From Planctomycetaceae bacterium (GTDB taxonomy: Bacteria; Planctomycetota; SZUA-567), in NCBI GenBank assembly GCA_021201355.1, contig JAJQFC010000024.1, forward strand, positions 206 through 64,205: a DNA stretch of 64,000 nucleotides, given 5' to 3'. Below are positions 19,871 through 29,257 of the stretch, piece after piece. Below the pieces are notes generated by a model. The model worked only from the letters and a program-made list of their open reading frames with translations. It searched no databases and was not told the origin of the DNA. How positions within the stretch are numbered: the stretch's first letter is position 1; every line of letters begins with the position of its first letter. Made by a program: the position numbers and the translations under genes.

Positions 19871-21487
19871 CTATACCGCCACGTCTTCGTCGCCGCGGCC
19901 GTGGGTGTAGGTCGGAAGAAGCATCGGGGACGGGGTCGTCGTGTTGATGCCGGCGCCGGTCCGCTCGGTTTCGAACTTCTTGACGTGGTCCAGATTCGCC
20001 TTCCCCGGGGTGACGGACTTGTATTTGGCGCCGGCCTGCTGCCCGGCGTTCCGGCCGAAGACGATGATGTCGAGAAGGGAATTCCCCATCAGCCGGTTCC
20101 GGCCGTGGATGCCGCCGACCGCTTCACCGGCGATGTAGAGATTTTCAATATCGCTCTGCCCGTCCGGGTGGACGCGGATGCCGCCATTCTGGTAATGGAG
20201 CGTCGGGTAGACGAGAATGGGCTTGGTGCGGATGTCCATGTCGTACTTCCCGTACATGCGCATCATGGCGGGAATGCGTTTTTCGATAGTGCCGGCGCCG
20301 TGGATCTCTTCGATCTGCGGGGTGTCGAGCCAGACGCCATAGCCTTCCGGCGTCTTGACGCCGTTCATGCGCTCGTTGCATTCCCGGATAATGCCGGCCG
20401 AGGTGACGTCACGCGTTTCCAGCGGGTGGATAAAGGCAATGCCGTCCTTGTTGACGAGCTGCGCGCCGAGGGAACGGACCTTTTCCGTGACGAGGGCGCC
20501 AAAGATCTGGTTCGGGTAGGCGACGCCGGTCGGGTGGTACTGGAGCGTGTCCTGGTAGAGTAGCCGCGCACCGGCCCGGTAGGCGAGGATAAGCCCGTCC
20601 GCCGTCGCGCCGTAGTGGTTGGACGTGGGGAAGCCCTGATAGTGCATGCGGCCGGCCCCGCCGGTGGCGAGGACGACGACCTTCGCGCGGGCGATAAGGA
20701 TGTCCCCGGTTTCCATATTCATGAGGACGGCGCCGCAGGCGCGGCCCTGGTCGTCCAGGAGGAGTTCTATGGCCGAGGTGAAGTCGACGACCTGGATGCC
20801 CCGGTTGTAGACTTCGTCCCGGAGGGTGCGCATGATTTCGGCGCCGGAGTAATCCTTGGCCGCGTGCATGCGCTTCCGCGAGGTGCCGCCGCCGTGGGTC
20901 GTTATCATGGTGCCGTCGGCGTCCTTGTCGAACATGACGCCGAGTTCGTTGAGCCATTTGACCGCGCCGGGGCCGTCTGAGACAAGCTTCCGGAGGAGTT
21001 CCGGAACGTTGGCGAAATGGCCGCCGCCGAGGGCGTCGATGTAGTGAATGGCCGGCGAGTCGTTCGGCTTGTCCGCCGCCTGGATGCCGCCTTCCGCCAT
21101 CATGGTGTTGGCGTCGCCGAGGCGGAGCTTGGTGACGAGGAGGACGTTGGCGCCGGCCTCGTTCGCCTCGACAGCCGCCGAGGTACCGGAGCCGCCGCCG
21201 CCGATGACGAGGACGTCGACGTCGTACGTCGCAGTATCCGGGTCGATGTCCATGTCGAGGACGCGGCTCCGGCCCTGAAGCAGTTCGGCCAGTTCGAGGG
21301 GGACTTTTTCCCCCTTGTTCGGCCCGATTTTCAGATCGGTGAACATGTCCTGCCGGTAGTCCGGATGGAACTTCGCCAGGAGATTGGTCTTGTCATCCGC
21401 CGAGAGCCGGGCGGGAAGCACGCCCATGCGGCTTTTGCGGGTCGCTTCGACGTTCTTGATCGAGTCCAGTATTTCCTGTGTATACAA
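19871..21487 (-). CDS. soluble succinate dehydrogenase/fumarate reductase-type flavoprotein (FrdA/TfrA-like)
   Basis: DVLVIGGGGSGTSAA FAD motif, QYHPTG, HYQNGGI and GGIHGRNRLMGNSLLD. About 90-aa N-terminal extension. Probable TTG start with an AAAGGGG SD. Confidence 0.75.
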   Translation of the reverse strand: MYTQEILDSIKNVEATRKSRMGVLPARLSADDKTNLLAKFHPDYRQDMFTDLKIGPNKGEKVPLELAELLQGRSRVLDMDIDPDTATYDVDVLVIGGGGSGTSAAVEANEAGANVLLVTKLRLGDANTMMAEGGIQAADKPNDSPAIHYIDALGGGHFANVPELLRKLVSDGPGAVKWLNELGVMFDKDADGTMITTHGGGTSRKRMHAAKDYSGAEIMRTLRDEVYNRGIQVVDFTSAIELLLDDQGRACGAVLMNMETGDILIARAKVVVLATGGAGRMHYQGFPTSNHYGATADGLILAYRAGARLLYQDTLQYHPTGVAYPNQIFGALVTEKVRSLGAQLVNKDGIAFIHPLETRDVTSAGIIRECNERMNGVKTPEGYGVWLDTPQIEEIHGAGTIEKRIPAMMRMYGKYDMDIRTKPILVYPTLHYQNGGIRVHPDGQSDIENLYIAGEAVGGIHGRNRLMGNSLLDIIVFGRNAGQQAGAKYKSVTPGKANLDHVKKFETERTGAGINTTTPSPMLLPTYTHGRGDEDVAV

Positions 21488-21610
21488 GGTCGCACCCCTT
21501 TAAACCGTAATGATTGAGTTTAGCCACACGGACAGGCTTTAGCCAAGAATGCCAATCCGGTGTTCCATCCCCGCGCGGGACAGCGGCGCTAACGCAGTCC
21601 GTCCCGTCCG

Positions 21611-22285
21611 CTACGCTTCGATTTCCCGCGTGTTGTACAGTTCTTTCAATTCCTCGACCGGCTTCTGCATGAGCTGGGTGAGGAGATCGTCGAACTGGCC
21701 GTCGTCGATTTCCTTGACCCGGTCCGCCAGGTGCTGTGACTTCGGCGCCAGGTACTTGCCGGTGAGCCGACGCGCCAGTTCCGCCACCTGCGGGTGGGAA
21801 ATGCCGGCCGGGCAGCGGGACGAACAGACGCCGCACATGACGCAGTCGAAGGATTCTTCCGCGCACTTCTCGTACTCGGCCCGCTGGGCGAAGGCGATGT
21901 ACTGCATCACCTTCAGGTCCTGGGTGCAGGCCTTCGTGCAAGCGTTGCAGCCGATGCAGGAATAGATTTCCGGGTAGAGCTGCATCATTATCTGCTGGGT
22001 CGGCTTGATTTTTTCGATGTCGTAGACTTCCTTGAGGAGCGGGAAGAACGGCAGGGTGGCGATGTACATCCCGTCCTGAACCGTGGTCTGGCAGGCGAGG
22101 GCGACCTTGAGTTCGCGGTCGCCGGCGATGCGGTAGATGGTGGCGCAAGCGCCGCAGAAGCCGTTCCGGCAGCCGCAGCCGCGGACCAGCTTGTACCCGG
22201 CGTATTCCATCGCCCCCATGATTGTGAGAATGCCCGGCACCTTGTAGCGTTTGCCGAAGATGTAGACGTGCACCATGTCTTCCAT
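21611..22285 (-). CDS. SdhB/FrdB-like iron-sulfur protein (2Fe-2S plus two 4Fe-4S motifs)
   Basis: CGCRNGFCGAC...C, then CIGCNACTKAC and CVMCGVCSSRCP. AAAGGA SD. Confidence 0.7.
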   Translation of the reverse strand: MEDMVHVYIFGKRYKVPGILTIMGAMEYAGYKLVRGCGCRNGFCGACATIYRIAGDRELKVALACQTTVQDGMYIATLPFFPLLKEVYDIEKIKPTQQIMMQLYPEIYSCIGCNACTKACTQDLKVMQYIAFAQRAEYEKCAEESFDCVMCGVCSSRCPAGISHPQVAELARRLTGKYLAPKSQHLADRVKEIDDGQFDDLLTQLMQKPVEELKELYNTREIEA

Positions 22286-22408
22286 TGTTTATCCTTTGCT
22301 CGGTTCCGGGAACTGACCGCGTCCGGGTTGCTGACGCCCACTCCCCACGAATCCTCGACCAAACAGTTCAACGTTTCTCGACGCCCGTGTCCGATGGACC
22401 GTCACCGC

Positions 22409-23257
22409 CTAGTATTCTTCCGGCAGGGCGTCCAACTGATCGAAGCGGAACACCGGGCCGTCGCGGCAGACGTATTTCGATCCGATGTTGCAGCGGCCGC
22501 ATTTGCCGACGCCGCATTTCATCCGGAGTTCCATCGTGGTATAGACCTGGGTGTCGGCAAAGCCCATTTCGCGGAGCGCCGCCAGGACGAACTTGATCAT
22601 GATAGGCGGGCCGCAGACAAGCACCGTCTTCGTCGGCGGGAACGCCAGTTCCTTGACGTAGTTCGGGACAAAGCCGACGTGACCCTTCCAGCTTTCCTCT
22701 TCCCGGTCGACGGTGAGGTGCACCTTGACGTCGTCCTTCCCGTCCCACTCGCCCTTGATTTCGTCGAGGTAGACGAGGTCGGCGGAACTGCGGGAGCCGT
22801 AGACGATGTCGACGGTGCCGTAATTCGACCGGTGGTAGCGGACATAGTTAATGACCGACCGGAGCGGCGCCAGGCCGATGCCGCCGGCGACGAACACGAG
22901 GTCTTTCCCCTTGAGTTCGGTGTCCACCGGAAAACTGTTCCCGTAGGGACCGCGAATCGTCAGGTGCTGGCCAACCTCCATGTCGTGGAGCCAGTCCGTC
23001 AGGCGGCCGCACTTCTTGATGGAGAATTCCATATAGTTTGTGTTCGTGGGGGATGAGGTGATGGAAAACATCGCCTCGCCAACGCCGGGGACCGACAACA
23101 TGGCGCACTGCCCGGGCGCGTGGCTGAAACAGACGCCTTCGCCGCCCGGCAGGGTGACCCGGAACGTCTTGACGTCCGGAGTCTGCTGTTTGATGTCGGT
23201 GACAATCCCGAGGGTCGGAATCAGGGTGTCACGGATGGTATCGCAGCTACAGCTCAT
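22409..23257 (-). CDS. FAD/NAD(P)-binding oxidoreductase with C-terminal 2Fe-2S (AsrB/HydG/FlxA-like)
   Basis: Ferredoxin-reductase-type fold (FVAGGIGLAPL) and C-terminal CGVGKCGRC motif. ATGA overlap with the upstream gene. Confidence 0.75.
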   Translation of the reverse strand: MSCSCDTIRDTLIPTLGIVTDIKQQTPDVKTFRVTLPGGEGVCFSHAPGQCAMLSVPGVGEAMFSITSSPTNTNYMEFSIKKCGRLTDWLHDMEVGQHLTIRGPYGNSFPVDTELKGKDLVFVAGGIGLAPLRSVINYVRYHRSNYGTVDIVYGSRSSADLVYLDEIKGEWDGKDDVKVHLTVDREEESWKGHVGFVPNYVKELAFPPTKTVLVCGPPIMIKFVLAALREMGFADTQVYTTMELRMKCGVGKCGRCNIGSKYVCRDGPVFRFDQLDALPEEY

Positions 23258-24285
23258 GCCTTCGTCTCCATGGCTTTCATGACCCGGACGATGTTCAGGG
23301 CCGAGGGACACTTTTCGACGCAGCGGCCGCAGCCGACGCAACTGTACACCCCGTCGTTGTTCTGCGGGAAATAGACGAGCTTGTGCATGAAGCGCTGGCG
23401 GAAGCGCTGCAACTGCGTCGTCCGCGGGTTGCCGTGGGCCATCAGGGTAAAGTCCGAATACATGCAGGAATCCCAGCAGCGGAAGCGCCGCACGCCGGCC
23501 GCGCCGTCGTCCCGGTCCTGGATGTCGTAGCATTGGCAGGTCGGGCAAACGAAGGTGCAGGTGCCGCAGCCGAGACAGGCTTCGGACAACCGGCTCCAGG
23601 CGTCGAGGCCGAAGATGTCGTCCGTTTGTTCCATCGCGACGACCGGCGGCTTCAGTTCGGTGAACGGCGCCGCATCCCACGCTTTCGTCGCGTCGGCCTT
23701 GACCTGGCCGACTGCCGCGTCGCCGTCCGGCCCGGCGTCCTGGAGGACGGCGCCGACGGCGGCGGTGAGGGCTTCACCTTTTTCGGTGAGCGGTTCCCAA
23801 TACAATGTATCGCCGACCATCCAGGTCGCGACATCGCCGCCCGGCGCCGACGAGTCGATGCCGAAGCTTTGACAAAAACAACTGTCTTCCGGCGCGCCAC
23901 AGGCGAGGGTGACGACGGTGCCGACTTCGCGGCGGGCCGCGTAAAAACTGTCTTTCGGGTCGACGAGGAAAACCCGGTCAAGAACATCCATCCCGGCCGC
24001 GTCGCAGGCGCGCATGGCGAAGACGACAAACGGCGCTTCCGCCGTCGGCGCCGAATTGATGTCGATTTCCTTCCCGTTCATCCGGAAGCGGACGATGTCC
24101 TCGGTCTGGGGAAAGAAAAAGTCCTTGCCGCTCTTGGCGGTCTTACCGGTGAGGGAGACGTTCGCGCCGTCCGACCAGAGGCCGAATTCGACGCGGTTGT
24201 CGTCTTCCCGGGGCAACCAGAGCTGGCGGTCCTTGGCGATTTCCGCGTACAGTTTCGGGAGGTCAGTAACAGGAATTTTCCGCAT
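23254..24285 (-). CDS. 4Fe-4S dicluster protein (AsrA / sulfhydrogenase-beta / FlxB-like)
   Basis: CLGCGTCTFVCPTCQC and CVGCGRCVEKCP. Start MRKIPVTDL overlaps the upstream stop (TAATG). Confidence 0.7.
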   Translation of the reverse strand: MRKIPVTDLPKLYAEIAKDRQLWLPREDDNRVEFGLWSDGANVSLTGKTAKSGKDFFFPQTEDIVRFRMNGKEIDINSAPTAEAPFVVFAMRACDAAGMDVLDRVFLVDPKDSFYAARREVGTVVTLACGAPEDSCFCQSFGIDSSAPGGDVATWMVGDTLYWEPLTEKGEALTAAVGAVLQDAGPDGDAAVGQVKADATKAWDAAPFTELKPPVVAMEQTDDIFGLDAWSRLSEACLGCGTCTFVCPTCQCYDIQDRDDGAAGVRRFRCWDSCMYSDFTLMAHGNPRTTQLQRFRQRFMHKLVYFPQNNDGVYSCVGCGRCVEKCPSALNIVRVMKAMETKA

Positions 24286-25268
24286 TATTGGCCTCCTCCG
24301 GAAGCGACCACTTCCGACGGTTCCGGATCGGTCTCGGTAAATTCGGTGAGGGGAGTCATTCCGAAATCGTCCGTCCCGGCCGCGAACGGGCCGTAGGCGC
24401 GGTTGATGTCCTTGATGAACTTCCGGTTCAGAAGATGCAGGGGAATCCCTTGCGGGCAGGCCCGGCTGCATTCGCCGCAGTCGGTGCAGCGGCCGGCGAC
24501 GTGGAAGGCGCGGATGATGTGGAACATCTTTTCTTCAAACGTCTCCGAATTCGCCTTCCCGGACACCGGGTTCGCCGGATTGTCGAAAACGCATTTCACG
24601 CAGGAACAGACCGGGCAGATATTCCGGCAGGCATTGCAGCGAATGCAGCGGGACAGCTCCTTCTGCCAGAACGCGAACCGTTCGGCCGGGGCCATCGCTT
24701 CAAGTTCCTCGACCTGCTTGAAACGGACCGGGCTTTCACCCTGATCCTTGATGTCGACCAGGAGTTCGTCCTGGATGCGGTGGGTGTTACTTTTACAGGC
24801 GATGCATTTTTCCAGGGCGACGGCGTCGCGGGGCAGAACCTTTTCCCCGTCGGCGGTGTCGAAGACGAATTCGGCGCCGCGCTGCTTCGCGTCCTTCAGG
24901 CCGCAAATGCCGGCCCGGCGGACCTTTTCGGGGTCGAGCATATCGCCCGTCGGGATGCCGAGGACATAGACGGCTTCCCGTTCGAGGCGGTTTTCCCCGA
25001 GCATCTGATTGAGGCTATAGGTGTCGCACGGCTTAAGGAGGGCGAGGACGCGCCCGTCCGCCGCCTTCCGCCCGTTCAGGTAACGGGAGACATTGGCGGC
25101 GCAGAAGCAGTCGTAGACAAAGTCGTTGTCAAGTTCTTCCGCCGTTTCGAAAAACGCCGGCACCCGGTCCCCGGGCATTTCACCGCGCTTCCAGCCCCAG
25201 ACGCCGACAACGGTGCCGTCGGCCAGGAGTGCTTTGGCGCGGTCGATGATTTTTTCTCTCATTCCCAT
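24285..25268 (-). CDS. 4Fe-4S dicluster protein (FlxC-like)
   Basis: CIRCNACRNICPVCSC and CTDCGECSRACP. The start overlaps the mvhD-like stop (TGATG). Confidence 0.65.
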   Translation of the reverse strand: MGMREKIIDRAKALLADGTVVGVWGWKRGEMPGDRVPAFFETAEELDNDFVYDCFCAANVSRYLNGRKAADGRVLALLKPCDTYSLNQMLGENRLEREAVYVLGIPTGDMLDPEKVRRAGICGLKDAKQRGAEFVFDTADGEKVLPRDAVALEKCIACKSNTHRIQDELLVDIKDQGESPVRFKQVEELEAMAPAERFAFWQKELSRCIRCNACRNICPVCSCVKCVFDNPANPVSGKANSETFEEKMFHIIRAFHVAGRCTDCGECSRACPQGIPLHLLNRKFIKDINRAYGPFAAGTDDFGMTPLTEFTETDPEPSEVVASGGGQ

Positions 25269-25711
25269 CAGCGCAGTTCTCCCAGGTTGTTTTTCGGGCC
25301 GAGCTGGGCCACATGACTGCAAAAGTCCCGCATGGTGGCGGCGAACTTGGCGCCTTCGGCGGCGGAGATCCATTCCACCCGGGTCCGGTCGCGTTCGATG
25401 CCGAGGTAGTCGAGCATGCCGAACAGCATGGACATCCGGCGGCGGGCATAGTAATTGCCGGTGGTGTAGTGGCAGTCCCCGGGATGACAGCCGGCGATGA
25501 TGACGCCGTCGGCGCCGCGCTGGAAGGCCCGGAGAACAAACAGCGGGTTGACCCGGCAGGAACAGGGCACCCGGATAATCTTGACGTCGGCCGGGTAATC
25601 CAGCCGGCTGGTGCCGGCCAGGTCGGCCCCGGCGTAACTACACCAGTTGCAGCAAAACGCGACGATGAGCGGCTTGGTAGCCGTGGTCGCGTCGTTTTCA
25701 GTCATCGGCAT
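25268..25711 (-). CDS. MvhD-like (methyl-viologen-reducing hydrogenase delta / FlxD-like) protein
   Basis: FCCNWCSYAGADLAG...IRVPCSCRV...GCHPGDCHY. GGAGGTGG SD. 10-nt overlap with the hdrA stop. Confidence 0.85.
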   Translation of the reverse strand: MPMTENDATTATKPLIVAFCCNWCSYAGADLAGTSRLDYPADVKIIRVPCSCRVNPLFVLRAFQRGADGVIIAGCHPGDCHYTTGNYYARRRMSMLFGMLDYLGIERDRTRVEWISAAEGAKFAATMRDFCSHVAQLGPKNNLGELR

Positions 25712-27699
25712 ATAGCATCCACCTCCGCCAAAATCTGCCGGGTCGAGAAGCCCCAGAGGTCCATCACGCCGGACGGGCAGGTCACGGTGCAGGCGCCGCA
25801 GCCCTGGCAGACCGCTTCGTTGACCTGGGCAACGCGGGTGGAGAGGCGCTTTCCTTCCCGGTGCACTTCCTTGACTTCATAGGTAATCGCCCCGTAGGGA
25901 CACACGTTTTCACAGAGGCCGCAGCCGTTACACATCGGTTCGGCCGGGCTGGCGATACAGGGGTTCGTAATGAGCTTGTCCTTGACGAGGAGGCCAATCA
26001 CCTTCGACGCGGCGGCGCCGGCCTGGGCCACCGTCTCCGGAATGTCCTTCGGGCCCTGGCACAGACCGGACAGGTAGACGCCGGCTGTCGGGCTTTCCAC
26101 CGGACGGAGCTTCGGGTGGGCTTCCGTGAAGAAGTCGTTCGTGTCCATGCTGGCGGTGAGCATCGTCGCCAGGTTCCGGGCGCCCTTTTCCGGTTCGACC
26201 GCCGTCGCCAGGACAACCATATCGGCTTCGATATGGAGCTGTTTGTCGTGGAGGAGATCGGACGCCTGGATGAGGAGCATGTCGCCCTTCTTTTCCACCT
26301 GGCCGACCATGCCCTTGATGTAATGGACATTGTACTGCTCGATAGCGCGGCGCTGGAACTCGTCGAAAGCCTTGCCGGGCGTCCGGACGTCGATGTAGAA
26401 AACATAGACTTCGGAATCCGGATACTTCTCGCGGACGAGCATGGCGTGCTTGGCCGTGTACATGCAGCAGATTTTCGAACAATAGGTCTTTTCGCATTCG
26501 CCGGAACCGCGGGAGCCGACGCACTGGACAAAGACGATACGCTTCGGTTCCTTGTGATCGCTCGGCCGGACGAGGTGTCCGCCGGTCGGCCCGGCGGCGT
26601 TGCAGAGCCGCTCGAACTCGAGGGAGGTGATGACGTCCGGGTATTCTTCGTAGCGGAATTCCCCGTACGGTTCCGGACTCACCGTGTCGAAGCCGGTGGC
26701 GACGACGATAGCGCCGTAGCTTTCTTCGAGGATGGTGTCTTCCTGGTCGTAGTGGACGGCCTTCGAAGGACAAATCTTTTCGCAGACGCCGCACTTCCCG
26801 GTCTGGAACTTGATGCAGTTTTCCCGGTCGATCACGGGCACGTTCGGGATGGCCTGGGCGAACGGGATGTAAATCGCCGACCGGTTCCGTAGGCCCTGGT
26901 CGAACTCGGACTTCGCCTTCTTCGCCGGGCACTTTGCCATGCAGTCGCCGCAGCCGGTACAGGCGACTTCGTCGACGCACCGGGCTTTTTTCCGGATCTT
27001 CACCTTGAAGTCGCCGACGAACCCGGACACCGATTCAACTTCCGAATAGGTGTGGATGGTGATGTTTTCGTGCTGGGCCGCCTCGACCATCTTCGGCGTC
27101 AGGATGCAGGCGGCGCAGTCGAGGGTCGGAAAGGTCTTGTCGAGCTGGGCCATCTTGCCGCCGATGGTCGGTTTCCGTTCGACAATGTCGACCTTGAAGC
27201 CGGCGTCGGCGACATCGAGCGCCGTCTGGATGCCGGCGATGCCGCCGCCGATGACGAGGGCGCGCTTGACGACGCGGCTTTCGCCGGCGGTCAGGGGGGT
27301 GTTCAGCATCACCTTGGCGATGGCGGTGCGGCCGAGGATGATGGCCTTCTCCGTCGCGTCCTGCTTATTCCGGTGAATCCAGGAGCACTGCTCACGGATG
27401 TTCGCGACCTCGACCATAAACGGGTTGAGGCCGGCGGCGGCCGCCGCCTTCCGGAACGTCGGTTCGTGCATCCGGGGGGAACAGGCCGCGACGACGATGC
27501 CGGTGAGGGCGTGGTCCTTAATGGCGGAACGGATGGCGCCCTGCCCGCCTTCGGAACACATATATTGATAGTCCATGGCGAAGGCAACGCCGGGTTCTTT
27601 CCCAAGCGTCTCCGCCACCTTTTTCACGTCGACGGTCGCGGCGATGTTCGAACCGCACCAGCAGACGAATACACCAATTCTATGCAAGGCAATCTCCAA
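25702..27699 (-). CDS. hdrA: heterodisulfide reductase subunit A-like flavoprotein
   Basis: N-terminal VFVCWCGSNIA domain, FAD motif VIGGGIAGIQTA and four CxxCxxCxxxCP motifs. 665 aa. An alternative TTG start at 27687 has a GGAG SD. Confidence 0.9.
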   Translation of the reverse strand: MEIALHRIGVFVCWCGSNIAATVDVKKVAETLGKEPGVAFAMDYQYMCSEGGQGAIRSAIKDHALTGIVVAACSPRMHEPTFRKAAAAAGLNPFMVEVANIREQCSWIHRNKQDATEKAIILGRTAIAKVMLNTPLTAGESRVVKRALVIGGGIAGIQTALDVADAGFKVDIVERKPTIGGKMAQLDKTFPTLDCAACILTPKMVEAAQHENITIHTYSEVESVSGFVGDFKVKIRKKARCVDEVACTGCGDCMAKCPAKKAKSEFDQGLRNRSAIYIPFAQAIPNVPVIDRENCIKFQTGKCGVCEKICPSKAVHYDQEDTILEESYGAIVVATGFDTVSPEPYGEFRYEEYPDVITSLEFERLCNAAGPTGGHLVRPSDHKEPKRIVFVQCVGSRGSGECEKTYCSKICCMYTAKHAMLVREKYPDSEVYVFYIDVRTPGKAFDEFQRRAIEQYNVHYIKGMVGQVEKKGDMLLIQASDLLHDKQLHIEADMVVLATAVEPEKGARNLATMLTASMDTNDFFTEAHPKLRPVESPTAGVYLSGLCQGPKDIPETVAQAGAAASKVIGLLVKDKLITNPCIASPAEPMCNGCGLCENVCPYGAITYEVKEVHREGKRLSTRVAQVNEAVCQGCGACTVTCPSGVMDLWGFSTRQILAEVDAICR

Positions 27700-27766
27700 A
27701 GGATGAAGTTGTGCAAATGTCTTCGGTCAATTGTGGTTTATTGTGATGGCGCCGTGGCACCTTTGA

Positions 27767-28156
27767 TTATTTATTGTACTTCCGCATGGCGGCGACGATG
27801 GCCTGTTGCGGCAGTTCGTCGTCGAGCATGTCCGGAACCTCCCCGGGAGGCATATGGTTTTCCCCGGCTTCACGAATCTGAAGAAGCCGCACCGCTTCAA
27901 TGATGTTCGCGGGCTGGACGTCCCGGGGACAGCGTTCGACACAGGTGAAGCAGGACAGGCAGCGCCACAGCGTCTCGCAGTTGACGAGGCCTTCGTAATC
28001 GTTGTCCGCCACCATCGACACCACCTTGTGCGGATGCACGTCCATGGATTCGAAGGCGGGGCAGCTGGCGCTGCACTTGCCGCAGCGCATGCATTTGGCC
28101 GCGTTGATGCCGCTGATGCGTTCGACTTCGGCCTGGGCGTCTTTTATTCCGTGCAT
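27767..28156 (-). CDS. hdrC: heterodisulfide reductase subunit C-like
   Basis: CMRCGKCSASCP and CLSCFTCVERCP. ATG 28156 overlaps the hdrB 3' end by 13 nt. Confidence 0.85.
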   Translation of the reverse strand: MHGIKDAQAEVERISGINAAKCMRCGKCSASCPAFESMDVHPHKVVSMVADNDYEGLVNCETLWRCLSCFTCVERCPRDVQPANIIEAVRLLQIREAGENHMPPGEVPDMLDDELPQQAIVAAMRKYNK

Positions 28157-28980
28157 GCACACTCCCTTCCGGCCAGGGCCAGTGCCGCGTCCGCGTCCTG
28201 GCGGACGTCGAGGGCGTCGGCAAGCACTTCGGTGAAATAAACAATCGGCAACTGTGTTTCCGTCGCGTTGGTGTTCAGGTTGTAAAGGCACAGCGGGCAG
28301 GCGGTGATGACCAGTTCGGCGCCGTCCGTTTTGGCCACGCCGAGAACGGCTTCGGTCATGTCCTGGGCCAGTTTTTTGTTGCCGAGGGTGGTATAGCCGC
28401 CGCAGCACTGGGACCGTTTCGAAAACGGCACCGGCTCGCCGCCGAGGGCCCGGATGAGGTTTTCCATAATTTGCGGGTTGTCCGGGCGGTCGAAGTCCAT
28501 GACGTCGGACGGCCGGAGGAGCATGCAGCCGTAGTAGGCGGCGACTTTTTTGCCGTTAAGCGGCTTCTTGACCCGCTTGGCGATTTCGTCGAAGCCGATG
28601 GTGTCCCGGAGCATTTCGAGGTAGTGGACCACCTTCGTCTCACCCGAATACCGGGTCGCGAAGGCGGAATAATTATTCGCCCGCAGGTTGATGTCGGGGT
28701 CGTTCGCCATGTCGTCGTTGACCCGCTTCAGGACATGGTGGCAGGCGGAACAAAGGGTGATGAGTTCGCCGCCATTCTGGCGGGCCGCCTCGAGGGCGCG
28801 GACAGCCGACAGCTTGGACGCGATTTCGTCGCGGGCCAGCGGGTAAACCGCACCGCAGCACTGCCATTCGGGCAATTCTTCGAGGGTGACGCCCAGCGCT
28901 TCGGCCGCGGCGCGGGCGTTGGCATCGAGCTGCGCCGCCTTGGTCTTGAGCGTACATCCGGGGTAGTAGTTCCGTTTCAT
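28144..28980 (-). CDS. hdrB: heterodisulfide reductase subunit B-like (two CCG domains)
   Basis: EWQCCGAVYP and SQCCGGYT CCG motifs. 278 aa. Confidence 0.85.
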   Translation of the reverse strand: MKRNYYPGCTLKTKAAQLDANARAAAEALGVTLEELPEWQCCGAVYPLARDEIASKLSAVRALEAARQNGGELITLCSACHHVLKRVNDDMANDPDINLRANNYSAFATRYSGETKVVHYLEMLRDTIGFDEIAKRVKKPLNGKKVAAYYGCMLLRPSDVMDFDRPDNPQIMENLIRALGGEPVPFSKRSQCCGGYTTLGNKKLAQDMTEAVLGVAKTDGAELVITACPLCLYNLNTNATETQLPIVYFTEVLADALDVRQDADAALALAGRECACTE

Positions 28981-29257
28981 GTAGTCCGCCTCGGTTGTTA
29001 TGTATATAGGAGGAAATACGAAGAATCTTCACCGTTTCAGCGATACCGCCACATGGGCGCGGCAGCGACGCCGCGTCGTGTCCCGCAGGGCGAAAAGGCC
29101 GCTTTTTTCCCGTGAAAACACGAAAAAAACCGTCCGCCGCCGCGAGGTTCGTTCGACCCGGCCGGGGCTGGAGAAACCGCCAGACCCTTTTCCGCCGGTG
29201 AACAAAGTTTTGAAAGCAATATAGACACTATAAACTTCACAACACCGTTATTCAAGA

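Noticed and set aside
21488-22408. The two intergenic gaps of the hdr-flx-frd operon are both exactly 123 nt, which might suggest a repeated element
   Set aside because: The two spacer sequences show no evident similarity by eye. The equal length is treated as coincidence.
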